Assembly: GCA_039648975.1 (NCBI GenBank)
Contig: JBBWZK010000201.1
Coordinates: 1 to 59,560 of the forward strand
DNA length: 59,560 nucleotides
Direction: 5' to 3'
Source: Blastocatellia bacterium
GTDB lineage: Bacteria; Acidobacteriota; Blastocatellia; UBA7656
Shown: positions 38,905-49,400 of the stretch, piece after piece
How positions within the stretch are numbered: the first letter of the stretch is position 1
Layout: each line of letters opens with the position of its first letter
The notes under the pieces: model-generated
What the model saw: only the letters and a program-made list of their open reading frames with translations
Told to the model about the DNA's origin: nothing
The model's database searches: none
Translations under genes and position numbers: made by a program

Positions 38905-41900
38905 CTAGCCGCCGGGGCGCGTGAAGTTGAACACAGGCGAAACCGCGTTGTTCGCATTGCGCACCTGTAGATTCACCATCTGGCCGGGCGCGATCTTCTT
39001 CGCCACTTTTTTGCCTCGCAACGTCGTCGGGTCGGCGTCATCGTGAGTCGTCTTCTGGCGCTCGCCATTGAGCAGGATCACCGCACCGCTATCGAAATTT
39101 TCACCCCTCACGATCAAGTGTTTGCCGGCGATGGAGACGGCAATGATGACCGGGTCGGTTCCCGCCTGCGCGACCGTCAAGGTCTGCTCGGCAATCGTCA
39201 ACGTGCCTGTGCGCGCCGCGTGACCATCATAGGCGGCAACCGTATAACTCACTGCGCCGTTGCCCTTGCCTGTGCTGCCTGAAGCGATGGTAATCCAGTC
39301 GGCGTTGCTGGCGGCGGCCCAGTTGCAATCGCTGTTTGTAGTGATCGTCACGCTGCCTGTGCCCCCCTTGGCTTTGAAAGACTGGCTGGCGAGCGACAGC
39401 AGGAAATTGCAATTCGATCTTTCGATATGGACGCAGTCGGCAAACTCAGACGTATTGCCCGCCGCATCCGTGGCCGTAGCCGTCAGCCAGCCGCTCGTCG
39501 TGCCGGCAGGCAAGGTGAAGAAGAAGGTGAAATTGACATTGCCGCCGGTATCGGTCGTCACCGATTTTTCACCGCGCAGGATCGGCGCGCCATCGATCAG
39601 TTGATGGCTCTGACGGTTGCTGCCGTAGAAGAACTGTAGCGTACACGCGGCGCTGGCTGCGGTGTTCAGCGCGCCGCTGACTTTGACGCTTGCCGATGTA
39701 GCGGTGGCTGAAGCGAGCACAGGAAAATTCTGTAAGTCGTTGGCTCCAGCATCCGCATCCATCGCGTCATTGTCGGTCACTCCGGCAGCGCCCAGATCAA
39801 TGCCGAGCGATTGGTTGGAGTGAATGGCATTCGCCGCAACGGTGATGCGGCGACCGGGGAAGGCAGACGGCGGGTTCGGTATGTTGATGCCGCTGCCGCC
39901 GTTGAAAGCGATCAGGTTGTTCTCGATTTTACACTGCCAGGCGCTTGTGCCGACGAATATGCCGTCCGCATGGTTGGCGAGCGCATGTGCGCCTGTGGCA
40001 TCGGTGCCGATGTAATTCCCCTCGACGCGCACGCCGATTCTGCCGGCGGTCGCCGAAACCGCGCCGGCAATCACCAGTCCATAAGTCTGGCTGGCGGCGA
40101 TGACGTTGCGGGCTTCCGGTATCGCGCCGCCGATGGTGATGTCTTCGCCTGTGCGCAGTATCTCAAATGAGGCCGTGCTGATCGACAGGCAGATGCCGCC
40201 TCTTTGCGGACGATAGGGATTGAATTCAATGGGCGGCGCGCCCGCGAGGTTGTTTCCTACAGGCAGCAGGCCGCTCGCATCCGTGCCGATGTAGTTGCCC
40301 TGTATCAGCGTGCCGCCACACAAATCCTCAACTGAGTCGACCAGAATGCCTGCACGCTGACTGCCGGAGATAATGTTGCGCGCAGCGGGCGAGGTGCCGC
40401 CAACCGTGTTGTCCGAGCAATTGCTGATGCCGACGTTGCCGCCCAGCGCGACCGCGCCGGTCACGTCGGTGCCGATGTAGTTGCCTTGAATCAGATTGCC
40501 GAAGACGTGATGCGGATAGGCCGGTGCGCCTGGGCCCGCAAGTCCATCGGCCATGCCTGCCGTGCCGGCAATCACATTGCGCGCGCCAGCGGTCGTCCCG
40601 CCCAGCAGATTAAACGTTGAATTGAGTAGAGCGCCGGAACCCAGATCATAGCTGAATGCCGGATCGTGGCCGACGATTGCAGCCGTGCCGTTAAGGTTCG
40701 TGCCGATGAAGTTACCTTGAATAATATTATTTGCGCCGTACAGCACGTTGACGTAGCCGAGGATGACGTTTCTGGCGTTCGCGGTGGTGCCGCCGATGCG
40801 ATTTTCCGGTGAATCCAGGTGGGAATAGATGCTGGTCGGATTGCTCAACCACGTCGTTGCATTTCCATCTGTGCCGATGAGATTGCCCTCGACGATGTTG
40901 TGGCCCTGATCGATGAGCAAGATCGAACCGCCGGCAAAGCGGAAGCTGTTGCCCTCCTGCTTTCGCCAATCGAAGCGATTGATGACGAGGCCGCGCAAGG
41001 TGCTGTTGCCGCCTCTGACTCGCAGACCTATAGGAGTGTATGGCGCCGGCTCATCATTAGGAAACTGCACCTGCGCGCCGTTCAATTCAACTCGGCCCGC
41101 CGATTGTGTGGTGCCATCGATGGTGATCGCTTCGTTGATGTCCGGCAAAGGACTGAGCGGCGCAATCGTCGGCACACCGCTGCCGGGTATCTGAAAGTTG
41201 ATCGTATCAGCGCCGGCATTGGCGTTGGCGTCGAGCATAGCCTGCCTGAGCGAGCCTGGGCCTTGATCGTTCGTATTGGTGACGGTGAACGTCGACTGCG
41301 CCTGTGTCTGCACGATGGCGAGCGGCGCGGCGGCTGACTTGAGTATCACTAGATCGCTCAAGGCATCCGTGTTCAAGCGCATAGGCAAGACGGCGGCCAC
41401 GTCTGCGCCAACGTCGAGTGTGGCGAGCGGCGTTGCCTGCCCGTGAGTTGCTGAAGCGATGCGCGCATCGCCGCTGACGATTTGCAGTTGATGCGCCGCC
41501 GAATCGGTTATCAAGAGGCTATCGACCGCATCGCTCGACAGCCGTGCGCGCACCAGTTGTGTGGCTTCAGCGGTTAAGCCGCCGGCGATGCTCTGGCTCT
41601 GCCATTGCGCAATCGTTGCAGAGGCGCTTTGATGGTTAGGGTCTGCCGCGCGGCTGATGATTTGCAGCGCGCCGACGGTTGACAACACGGCGACATCATC
41701 GGCGTGATGGCCTGTGAAATCTCCTGTGGCTAGGGCGCGAATCGCAAACGGCAGCCTGCGCCGCTGAATGATTGGCCGGGGAACTATCGCTTGCGCCCTG
41801 GCATCTAGCGTCAGCCGCCGGTCGCGCCCGTAGATCACCAGCAGGTCATGCCCTGCGGCTGCGGCCATGTCTATCGTGTGATCATCGTCGAATCGTCCGA

Positions 41901-42756
41901 GCGCGAAAGCCGTAGCCGCCGCAGGCAAAGCGACAACTTCGGCTGGCGCTCTGAAGGCGCCTTGCGGGCCTTCAAAGATCAGCGCCTGCGGCCCGTCTGC
42001 GCCGCTGATCGCCACCAGAAGATCATCAAGGCCGTCGCGCCGGTTGATGTCGCCGGCCAGCAGCGCCGTGACCGTGCCTGGCAAAGCGATTTGCCGCGCC
42101 GCGCCGAATTCTCCTGACCCATCTCCCATAAGAAAATGCAGTGTGCGACCGCCGCGAGTTGCCGCGACGACATCCCAGTGGCCGTCTGCGTCGAAGTCGC
42201 CGACGCCTAGAAAATCCGCCGCTTCGGAGACAGGCGAGAGGCGCGCGGGCGAAATAAACGGCGCGATGTTCAGCGCAGCATCGAGCCTGCGTTGCCTGGC
42301 TTCAACGGAATTCGGATAGAGGAAATCGACGTTGCCGCGATGCAGGGCAATGATCCCGCTGCCGGCATTCGCATAACCGCAAACCAGATCAGGCATGCCG
42401 TCTTCATCAAAGTCAGCCGTTGCCAGAACGCGAGGCCGCGCTGTGCCCTGCTCGATAGCTTGCTGGTGCTGTACGCTGCCGCTATAGGCGGTGAGCAGAT
42501 CGCGGCCCTCAGACAGATTGATGGATGGACTGGCCAAGCCGGAGCGATGAATGCTGACCGACGCAGATAAAAAGGCGGTAGGGGTGAATGGCTGCGATGC
42601 AGCTTGAATGATTGCAGGCGAGTGCAGCGCCGTGTGCAGCAGGCCAACCAGCACCGCCGCAAGCAGAGCCGTCAGTGAAACGGCGCGGGCCGCTTTTGCC
42701 ATCGAAAACATCCCGCTATCTGCAAAGCGATGGCGCTGTCTCCTTGAACTTCTCAT
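38905..42756 (-). CDS. Large exported protein: FG-GAP repeats, parallel beta-helix, BACON-like and Ig-like C-terminal domains
   Basis: ADFDEDGMPDL and GDFDADGHWDV repeats; VTNTNDQGPGSLRQA; repeated GNxIGTD; CNWAAASNADWITI; AAGGAG RBS. Confidence 0.85.
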   Translation of the reverse strand: MRSSRRQRHRFADSGMFSMAKAARAVSLTALLAAVLVGLLHTALHSPAIIQAASQPFTPTAFLSASVSIHRSGLASPSINLSEGRDLLTAYSGSVQHQQAIEQGTARPRVLATADFDEDGMPDLVCGYANAGSGIIALHRGNVDFLYPNSVEARQRRLDAALNIAPFISPARLSPVSEAADFLGVGDFDADGHWDVVAATRGGRTLHFLMGDGSGEFGAARQIALPGTVTALLAGDINRRDGLDDLLVAISGADGPQALIFEGPQGAFRAPAEVVALPAAATAFALGRFDDDHTIDMAAAAGHDLLVIYGRDRRLTLDARAQAIVPRPIIQRRRLPFAIRALATGDFTGHHADDVAVLSTVGALQIISRAADPNHQSASATIAQWQSQSIAGGLTAEATQLVRARLSSDAVDSLLITDSAAHQLQIVSGDARIASATHGQATPLATLDVGADVAAVLPMRLNTDALSDLVILKSAAAPLAIVQTQAQSTFTVTNTNDQGPGSLRQAMLDANANAGADTINFQIPGSGVPTIAPLSPLPDINEAITIDGTTQSAGRVELNGAQVQFPNDEPAPYTPIGLRVRGGNSTLRGLVINRFDWRKQEGNSFRFAGGSILLIDQGHNIVEGNLIGTDGNATTWLSNPTSIYSHLDSPENRIGGTTANARNVILGYVNVLYGANNIIQGNFIGTNLNGTAAIVGHDPAFSYDLGSGALLNSTFNLLGGTTAGARNVIAGTAGMADGLAGPGAPAYPHHVFGNLIQGNYIGTDVTGAVALGGNVGISNCSDNTVGGTSPAARNIISGSQRAGILVDSVEDLCGGTLIQGNYIGTDASGLLPVGNNLAGAPPIEFNPYRPQRGGICLSISTASFEILRTGEDITIGGAIPEARNVIAASQTYGLVIAGAVSATAGRIGVRVEGNYIGTDATGAHALANHADGIFVGTSAWQCKIENNLIAFNGGSGINIPNPPSAFPGRRITVAANAIHSNQSLGIDLGAAGVTDNDAMDADAGANDLQNFPVLASATATSASVKVSGALNTAASAACTLQFFYGSNRQSHQLIDGAPILRGEKSVTTDTGGNVNFTFFFTLPAGTTSGWLTATATDAAGNTSEFADCVHIERSNCNFLLSLASQSFKAKGGTGSVTITTNSDCNWAAASNADWITIASGSTGKGNGAVSYTVAAYDGHAARTGTLTIAEQTLTVAQAGTDPVIIAVSIAGKHLIVRGENFDSGAVILLNGERQKTTHDDADPTTLRGKKVAKKIAPGQMVNLQVRNANNAVSPVFNFTRPGG

Positions 42757-42949
42757 GGAGAACTCCTTTGGCAATAGAATGATTTGGGCACGTTCGCTGC
42801 AAGTTCAAATGGAGATAAGAAGTGTGCTCGACTAGGTGCGCTGAACCGGGTCGCAAGCCGGGGCTATGATAACACAACCGCATAGATATAGTCCTGTCAG
42901 GATAGTTTGTTTGAATGTGTTCGGACGTGATTAGAGGTGGGATGCAGCT

Positions 42950-42983
42950 TATGGAGTGCAGCGACCTGTTGCCGCACTCCATA
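42950..42983. repeat. REP-like hairpin
   Basis: TATGGAGTGC...GCACTCCATA. Confidence 0.6.
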
Positions 42984-43060
42984 GATTTGCGATTGGCAAA
43001 CTGGCTCAACTGGGCGAGCTTTATTCAACCGGGCGAATGCGTTACTCTTGAAGCCCGACG

Positions 43061-43660
43061 ATGAGCGCGCAAAAGAAAAAAGGCACGTCGCCCACGAAGC
43101 TTTTGAAACGGCTGATCGCCGCGCCGTTTGTTTTTCTCGCTGCCATCATCATCCTGATCGAAGACTGGCTGTGGGATGATCTGGCGCGGCTGGCTGCCGC
43201 CATCGGGCGCTTGCCGGTCTTTCATCAAATCGAGACATTGATTACAAAACTCCCGCCCTACGCGGCGCTCGTCTTCTTTGCCGTGCCGTCGCTATTGCTG
43301 GTGCCGGTCAAGCTCGTCGCCTTGTACTTCATCTCGCACGGCCACGCGGTCTACGGATTTCTGACGGTCGTCGGAGCGAAAATCGCCGGCACCGCCTTAG
43401 TCGCCAGAGTCTTCACCTTGACCCGGCCCAATCTCATGCGCATTGGCTGGTTCGCCTGGCTTTACCAGCGCTTCATCGCCTTCAAGGCGCGCGTCTACAA
43501 GGTCATCAAATCCACAGCTCTCTACAACACCGCACGTCAACAGATTGTGCGCCTGCGCGCCGCGCTGAAGCTCTGGAAAGCAAAGCGAAAAAGCATTTGG
43601 CGCAGACGCTGGAACGCGGCGCGCAAATTCTCGCGCCGGCGCAAACCCGCGCAGGAATAA
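43061..43660 (+). CDS. Hypothetical membrane protein with a basic C-terminus
   Basis: About 3 hydrophobic segments; host-like codon usage. Confidence 0.75.
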   Translation: MSAQKKKGTSPTKLLKRLIAAPFVFLAAIIILIEDWLWDDLARLAAAIGRLPVFHQIETLITKLPPYAALVFFAVPSLLLVPVKLVALYFISHGHAVYGFLTVVGAKIAGTALVARVFTLTRPNLMRIGWFAWLYQRFIAFKARVYKVIKSTALYNTARQQIVRLRAALKLWKAKRKSIWRRRWNAARKFSRRRKPAQE

Positions 43661-43897
43661 AAGCCCCGTTGGCTTTGCCATGCGCCGGCTCGTATCTGGC
43701 AAGCCGCGTTGGGCGATAGCGCCAGAGCGCAAGTTTGACTTTGTTGCGCCCCTGACAGACAATGGTGCAGCTATAGATGTAATTTGTATAACCGGTTTGT
43801 CGCAGAGCCAGCGCGGCGGCTCAGTCACCCCCAACAGGCAATCGAGATCGCCATGTTCTCGCGCCAACCAGGTCAGCAGGCAACCGCAGGAGGATAT

Positions 43898-44740
43898 ATG
43901 CCGGTGAGTTCCCGCAAACAAACGCCACAAGCAAACTTCATTTTTCAGGGCACGGTTCAAAAGCTCAACGCCGCGTCGATGAAGAATGTGCCGGTTGATG
44001 ATCGCACGGCGGTGGTTCGCGTTGATCAGGTCGTCGAGTCGCCAAAAGCCATGGCCGGCTACGACGGTCAGAATATCACCGTCCGCCTGGCGGGACGCCA
44101 GAAGGTCAAGGAAGGTCAACAACTGCTCTTTCACGCGCAGGGCTGGATCTTTGGCGATGGCATTGCCGTGCAGTCGTTCAGCCAGGAACCTATCAAGCCG
44201 ATGCACGCCGCTTTGCTCAGTCGCGGCGGCGACCCGGTCGAACACCGGCAACGCCGCGAACTGCGGCAGCGCTATGATAGCGCCGATGTCGTCGTTTCGG
44301 GCGTCGTCTCTTCCGTACACCTGCCGGCGGACGCGCATGAAAGGCAGGCGAGCCGTACATTGCTGGACGCAGGAGCCGCGCCGCCGCGCCCTCGCCGCAT
44401 CAGCGAGCATGACCCCAGGTGGCGCGAAGCGGTCATCGATATCGTCGATGTGCATAAAGGCAGTCACGCAAAGAAGCAGATCGTCGTTCGCTTTCCTGCG
44501 AGCAAGGATGTGCGCTGGTACAAGGCTCCGAAATTTCAGCCCGGACAGCAAGGGTTATTCATGTTACGCAAAGCCAAAGCAGACAAGGCGGCGGCAACGG
44601 GCGGCGCACATCTGGCGATAGCCGCAGGCGCAGAACCGGAAGTCTTCACGGCGCTGCATCCGAACGACTATCAGCCCATTGATCAGCCGGACGGGATCAA
44701 ATCGCTGATCGAGGCGCCGCCGCCAAACAAGGATGAGTGA
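43898..44740 (+). CDS. Hypothetical protein, possibly with tandem TIMP/NTR-like OB folds
   Basis: AGGAGG RBS; two similar units (FIFQGTV...GQQLLF and VVVSGVV...GQQGLF). Confidence 0.75.
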   Translation: MPVSSRKQTPQANFIFQGTVQKLNAASMKNVPVDDRTAVVRVDQVVESPKAMAGYDGQNITVRLAGRQKVKEGQQLLFHAQGWIFGDGIAVQSFSQEPIKPMHAALLSRGGDPVEHRQRRELRQRYDSADVVVSGVVSSVHLPADAHERQASRTLLDAGAAPPRPRRISEHDPRWREAVIDIVDVHKGSHAKKQIVVRFPASKDVRWYKAPKFQPGQQGLFMLRKAKADKAAATGGAHLAIAAGAEPEVFTALHPNDYQPIDQPDGIKSLIEAPPPNKDE

Positions 44741-44819
44741 ACCGGCTCGATCACTGGGCGTTCTTCATCAGACTGAATGAGGCGTCAAGCCTGCATGTTA
44801 TAAAAGGAGAAAGGCAATC

Positions 44820-46280
44820 ATGGCCGCTGCGAAGACCCGCAAGAAAGTCGCATCTTCATCCTCTTCATCGTCCCACCGCAAGGCCGCCAAGAAGACCAGC
44901 AAGAGCACGAAAGCATCCGGCCCGACGATTCTGCTCGTCAACATGATTCCCAAATCGCTCAGCGGCGAAGACCACCAGGACAGCGAGCCATCGATTGCCG
45001 TTAATCCCGCCAACCCTATGCAGATTGCCGGATCGGCTTTCACACCGGATCCGGGCGAAGGCCCACTGGGGCCGATTTTTATGTCGACGGACGGCGGCCA
45101 GACCTGGACGCTCAATGCGATTATCCCCGGCGCAATTCCAGGGTTCGGCACTTTCGACGTGACGCTGCAATTCGGCACGAAGACCAACGTCTTGTATGCA
45201 GGCATCCTGCGCGCCGACGCGCCCGGCGATACGATGCGCCTGAACATTCTGCGCACCAAAGACTTCACCAGCGCGACGCCGATGACCGTGCTGGTTGATC
45301 GCACCAGCGTCGATCAACCTTATGTGATGGCGGCTACGGTGGCGAGCGGCGCGGATGCCGGCAAAGATCGGCTTTACGTCGGCAATAACGATTTCAAAGC
45401 GCCGGGCGGGCGCACCGCCACCATCGACCAATCGCTGAATGCGGCAATCGCCAAGCCGAGCTTCAAATCCCTGCGCATCGAATCGCGCAAGACGCCGGAG
45501 CAGGATGGGCCGCCGGTGCGCCCGGTCATCCACGCGGACGGCACCGTCTATGCGGTATTTCAATCGTGGCGCACAGAGACGAGCGCCGACATCGTTGTCG
45601 TGCGCGATGATCGCGGCGGCTCAGGCGCGACCCCTTTCACCGATCTACTTGATCCAGGCGATGGCAAGCCAGGCATACGTGTCGTGCAGAACACGGCATT
45701 CAATTTTGCAGGCTTCCTAGGCCATCAACGCACCGGCGGCGATGTCGCCATGACTGTCGATCCGACGAACAGCGACAATGTGTTTGTTGCTTATAACGCC
45801 GATCAGGGCAGTGATTACATCTTGCACCTGTTGCGCTCAACGGATCGCGGCAAGACCTGGTCTGAGGTGCGGACGATTCGCAACGCCTTGAATCCGGCGC
45901 TGGCGGTCAATAGCGACGGCAAGCTCGGCTTTCTCTATCAGCAGCTCAAGGGCACGGGCGCGGCTGAACGCTGGATCACGCAGTTCGAACTCGCTCCGGA
46001 TGGCGCGAGCCGCAGAACATTCGTGCTGGCCAAAGTGCCGACCAACCTGCCCGACTATAAATTCGATCCCTACCTTGGCGACTACGACCACTTGATGGCG
46101 GTCGGCAAAGATTTCTATGGCGTCTTTTCCACCAACAACACGCCAAAAATGGCGAACTTCCCCAACGGCGTCAAGTATCAACGCAACGCCAATTTCACGA
46201 AAGGCACGCTACTCGGCGTCGACAATGCGACGCCTGTGCAGTCGTCCATCGATCCCTTCTTTTTCAAAGTGACCCTCTGA
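44820..46280 (+). CDS. Asp-box (BNR/sialidase-like) beta-propeller protein
   Basis: SEPSIAVNPANP; Asp boxes STDGGQTW and STDRGKTW; LGDY. Confidence 0.8.
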   Translation: MAAAKTRKKVASSSSSSSHRKAAKKTSKSTKASGPTILLVNMIPKSLSGEDHQDSEPSIAVNPANPMQIAGSAFTPDPGEGPLGPIFMSTDGGQTWTLNAIIPGAIPGFGTFDVTLQFGTKTNVLYAGILRADAPGDTMRLNILRTKDFTSATPMTVLVDRTSVDQPYVMAATVASGADAGKDRLYVGNNDFKAPGGRTATIDQSLNAAIAKPSFKSLRIESRKTPEQDGPPVRPVIHADGTVYAVFQSWRTETSADIVVVRDDRGGSGATPFTDLLDPGDGKPGIRVVQNTAFNFAGFLGHQRTGGDVAMTVDPTNSDNVFVAYNADQGSDYILHLLRSTDRGKTWSEVRTIRNALNPALAVNSDGKLGFLYQQLKGTGAAERWITQFELAPDGASRRTFVLAKVPTNLPDYKFDPYLGDYDHLMAVGKDFYGVFSTNNTPKMANFPNGVKYQRNANFTKGTLLGVDNATPVQSSIDPFFFKVTL

Positions 46281-46286
46281 TTCAAG

Positions 46287-46443
46287 GCGGTTGCAAAGTT
46301 GGTTGTCAAGGAATGCATGTAGGGGCGACCCTCTGTGGTCGCCCCAGCGTGGGATGTACGGAATTTTAAGAATCAGCCAACTTCCAGTCTGGGGCGACCC
46401 TCTGTGGTCGCCCCTACATGACCATCAATAACTTTGCAACCGC
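46287..46443. repeat. GTAG-type REP doublet (REPIN-like) with an outer 14-bp inverted repeat
   Basis: CATGTAGGGGCGACCCTCTGTGGTCGCCCC ... GGGGCGACCCTCTGTGGTCGCCCCTACATG; flanks GCGGTTGCAAAGTT/AACTTTGCAACCGC. Confidence 0.88.
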
Positions 46444-46453
46444 AACGGCCATC

Positions 46454-49400
46454 TCATGCCTTGACGGTCGCCTTGCGTTCCAGCTTGTTCCACCCTACGG
46501 CGATGCCGCGCAATGAAGCGAACGTCGATTTGATGGCGACGTAGTACATCAACTGGCGATAGAAGAACCGCTGTAAGAAAAGCCACACCAGCAATCGGCG
46601 ATTTTCTTTATACTCCAGCATGAAAGCCAGCGTCGCCGACAGAAACTCCATCGTCATGAAGATCGCGTAGTAAAACAAAGCGCGCTTCAACGAATCTGCC
46701 GAAAACTCATCCGGGTGCTGCCAGCGGTCGACCGCCGTCATCACCATCGTCACCAGCATCAACATATCCATGGCCGGCGAAATCAGCGGGAAGAGAACCT
46801 GAAAGATGAAGATGTTCGGCAGCGCCACAAATCCCAGCGAGCCATAGCGCGGACGAAACAGCGCGTCTTTGTGTTTCCAGGCCGCCTGTAATGTTCCATA
46901 CATCCAGCGATAGCGTTGCTTGACGAAGCCGCGCACCGTGTCGGGCGCTTCGGTCAGCGCCATGGCTTCGTCTTCGTAGACAATCGAATAGCCGATTTTG
47001 CGTATGGCCATCGTCAGGTCGGCGTCTTCGGCAAGGGTTTCGTCGGTGAAGCCGCCCGCCTTGACCACCAGTTCGCGCCGCCACGCGCCGACCGCGCCCG
47101 GCACCACCGTAATGCAGTTCAAGAGGTTGAAGGCGCGACGGTCGAGGTTCTGGCTGGTGATGTATTCGAGCGCCTGCCAGCGCGTCAGCAGGTTCAGCCG
47201 GTTGCCGACTTTGGCATTGCCGGCAACCGCGCCGATTTGCGGATCGGCGAAGTGGCGCACCAGTTTGCTGATCGTGTCGCGCGCGAAGATGGTGTCGGCG
47301 TCCAGAGCAATGACGATCTCTGCCTGCGTGTGCGTGACGCCGAAGTTCAGGGCCGCAGGCTTGCCGCCGTTCGTTTTGTTGAAGAGGCGGACGCGCGGCT
47401 CGTCGCTGAAGGCTTCTTTGACGCGGTTGCAGGTCTCATCTTTCGATCCGTCATCGACGACGACGATCTCGAAATTCGGCGGATGATCCGACGCCAGCAG
47501 CGAGGTGATCGTCTGCACGACGACTTTTTCTTCATTGTACGCCGGCACGATGACGGCGACCGTCGGACTGTAGCCTGGATCATAAACGGCGTGGCGCTCG
47601 CGCTGGTGCTCGATGACCGCGAGCGTGCCGATGAACAGCAGACGCGCGATACCCAGGATGATGCCGATGTGGAAGAGCCAGCGGATCAGCCGTATGCCGT
47701 AGTTAATTACGTCGAAGGCGGCGCGGTCGGCCATTGCACGCCACTGCGAACGCGTGTCGATGAGCGGCATCACTTCGTCGCGCGACTTGCCGAGCAGGTC
47801 TGAGACGAGGACGAATTCAAAGCCGCGCTTACGCATTTCGCTGATCAGCACCGGCAACGCCTCGATGGTCTCAGAGCGGTCGCCGCCCGAATCATGCAGC
47901 AGTATGATATTGCCCGGTTCTTTCGGGTCAGTCGCGCCCTGAATGATTGCATCAACGATACGGTCGACGCCGGGCCGCTGCCAGTCTTTTGAATCGATCT
48001 TCATGCCAACCGTCAGATAGCCGCGATCCGAAACGGCTTCGAGCGGGCGCACCTGATCGGGCGTCACCGGCTCGGCGTCTTCAGCGTAAGGCGGGCGGAA
48101 CAGATAGGTGCGGCGACCGACGATGCTCTCCATTAACACGCGGGTTGCCGATAGCTCAAAGCCGAACTGTGCGTTGCTGATGTTGGCGATGTTCGGGTGC
48201 GTGAAGGTGTGATTGCCGAGTTCATGACCTTCGGCGACTTCGCGGCGGATGAGACCAGGATACTGCTCGGTGTTCAAGCCAATGACGAAGAAGGTCGCCG
48301 GCGCGTTCGCCTGTTTAAGTGCGTCCAGAATCCTGGGCGTCCATTCAGGGTCGGGGCCATCATCAAACGTCAGCGCCAGCTTGCGCGGCGCATAGCCATA
48401 GCGTTCGATGACATACGGCGACGGCATATTGGCGCGGGCGATATTTTCAGAGGTGATGAAGCCGCGCGCAGCGTCGAATTGAATGGTGCGCGAGCCGTCT
48501 TTAGGTTGCGCTTCGACGCGCAGGATTTCGCCCTGATTGATATAATCGAGGTCGTAACCATAAACCATGTTGGCAAGCTGCGCGGCGGCGTTGGCATCAA
48601 GCGGCACGTCACGGCCAAAGAAATTCCAGAGCGACGGGTCTTCGCTGCCCAGCCGCCAGAGCGCCACGCCGCGCGCCGCGTACGAATTGGCCACCGCCAC
48701 CTGATTGAAGGCCGACACGCCATCGAGCATCCAGACCGTGTGCGATTCCGGCTTATCCGGTTTATCGTAGCTTATATAACGAAACGTCGGCGTCAGCGAA
48801 GCGGCGTCGAGTTCGACCTCATCAACCTCGTTTTCGCGTGCATTCGTCAAGGCTTCCTGAAAGGTGAGAGTTTTCGGGACACTGCCGTCCGGCCAATCGT
48901 AAGCGTAATTCCCGATGGCGACGATCATCTTCGCCGCCGGCACGTCCTTTTGCCGCATCGTCAGGATGTCTGTGAACCAGTCAATGGCGGCAACCGGGCC
49001 GGACTCTTTCGAGCTGTAATGCTGGTCGTAGACCATCAGGATAACGTAATCGACGAGGTCGGAAATTTTGGCATAATCGAACGAATCGTTATTGGCCGGC
49101 AGGTTGATGGAAATCTCAAGCCCTGCGGGCTGCAAGGCGGCGCGTAGCTCGGTCAGGAATTCGAGCAGAAACGGCTGGCTTTTATCGAGGACATTCTCAA
49201 AGTCTATGCTGACGCCTTGCAACTTGTACGCCTGCGCCGTATCCAGCAGTTGCCGGATTGAGCGCGCTCGCGCCTGCGGGTTTTCGAGCATGGCATCGAG
49301 CCGGTCGCTTTCAAACTCAGAGGTTTCGCTGTTGAAGTTGTTGACCAGCGCCATCACGCGCGTCTCTGGCCGCGTCGTGCGAATGAAGTTCAGCGCCTCC

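Noticed and set aside
42786-42801. Possible sigma54 promoter GGGCAC-N5-CTGCA
   Set aside because: Two mismatches to consensus and about 260 bp from the next co-oriented gene
43397-44551. Long antisense ORFs (also 11334-12275, 46916-47803, 48197-49147 and others)
   Set aside because: Shadow frames of well-supported genes in GC-rich DNA, without recognisable motifs
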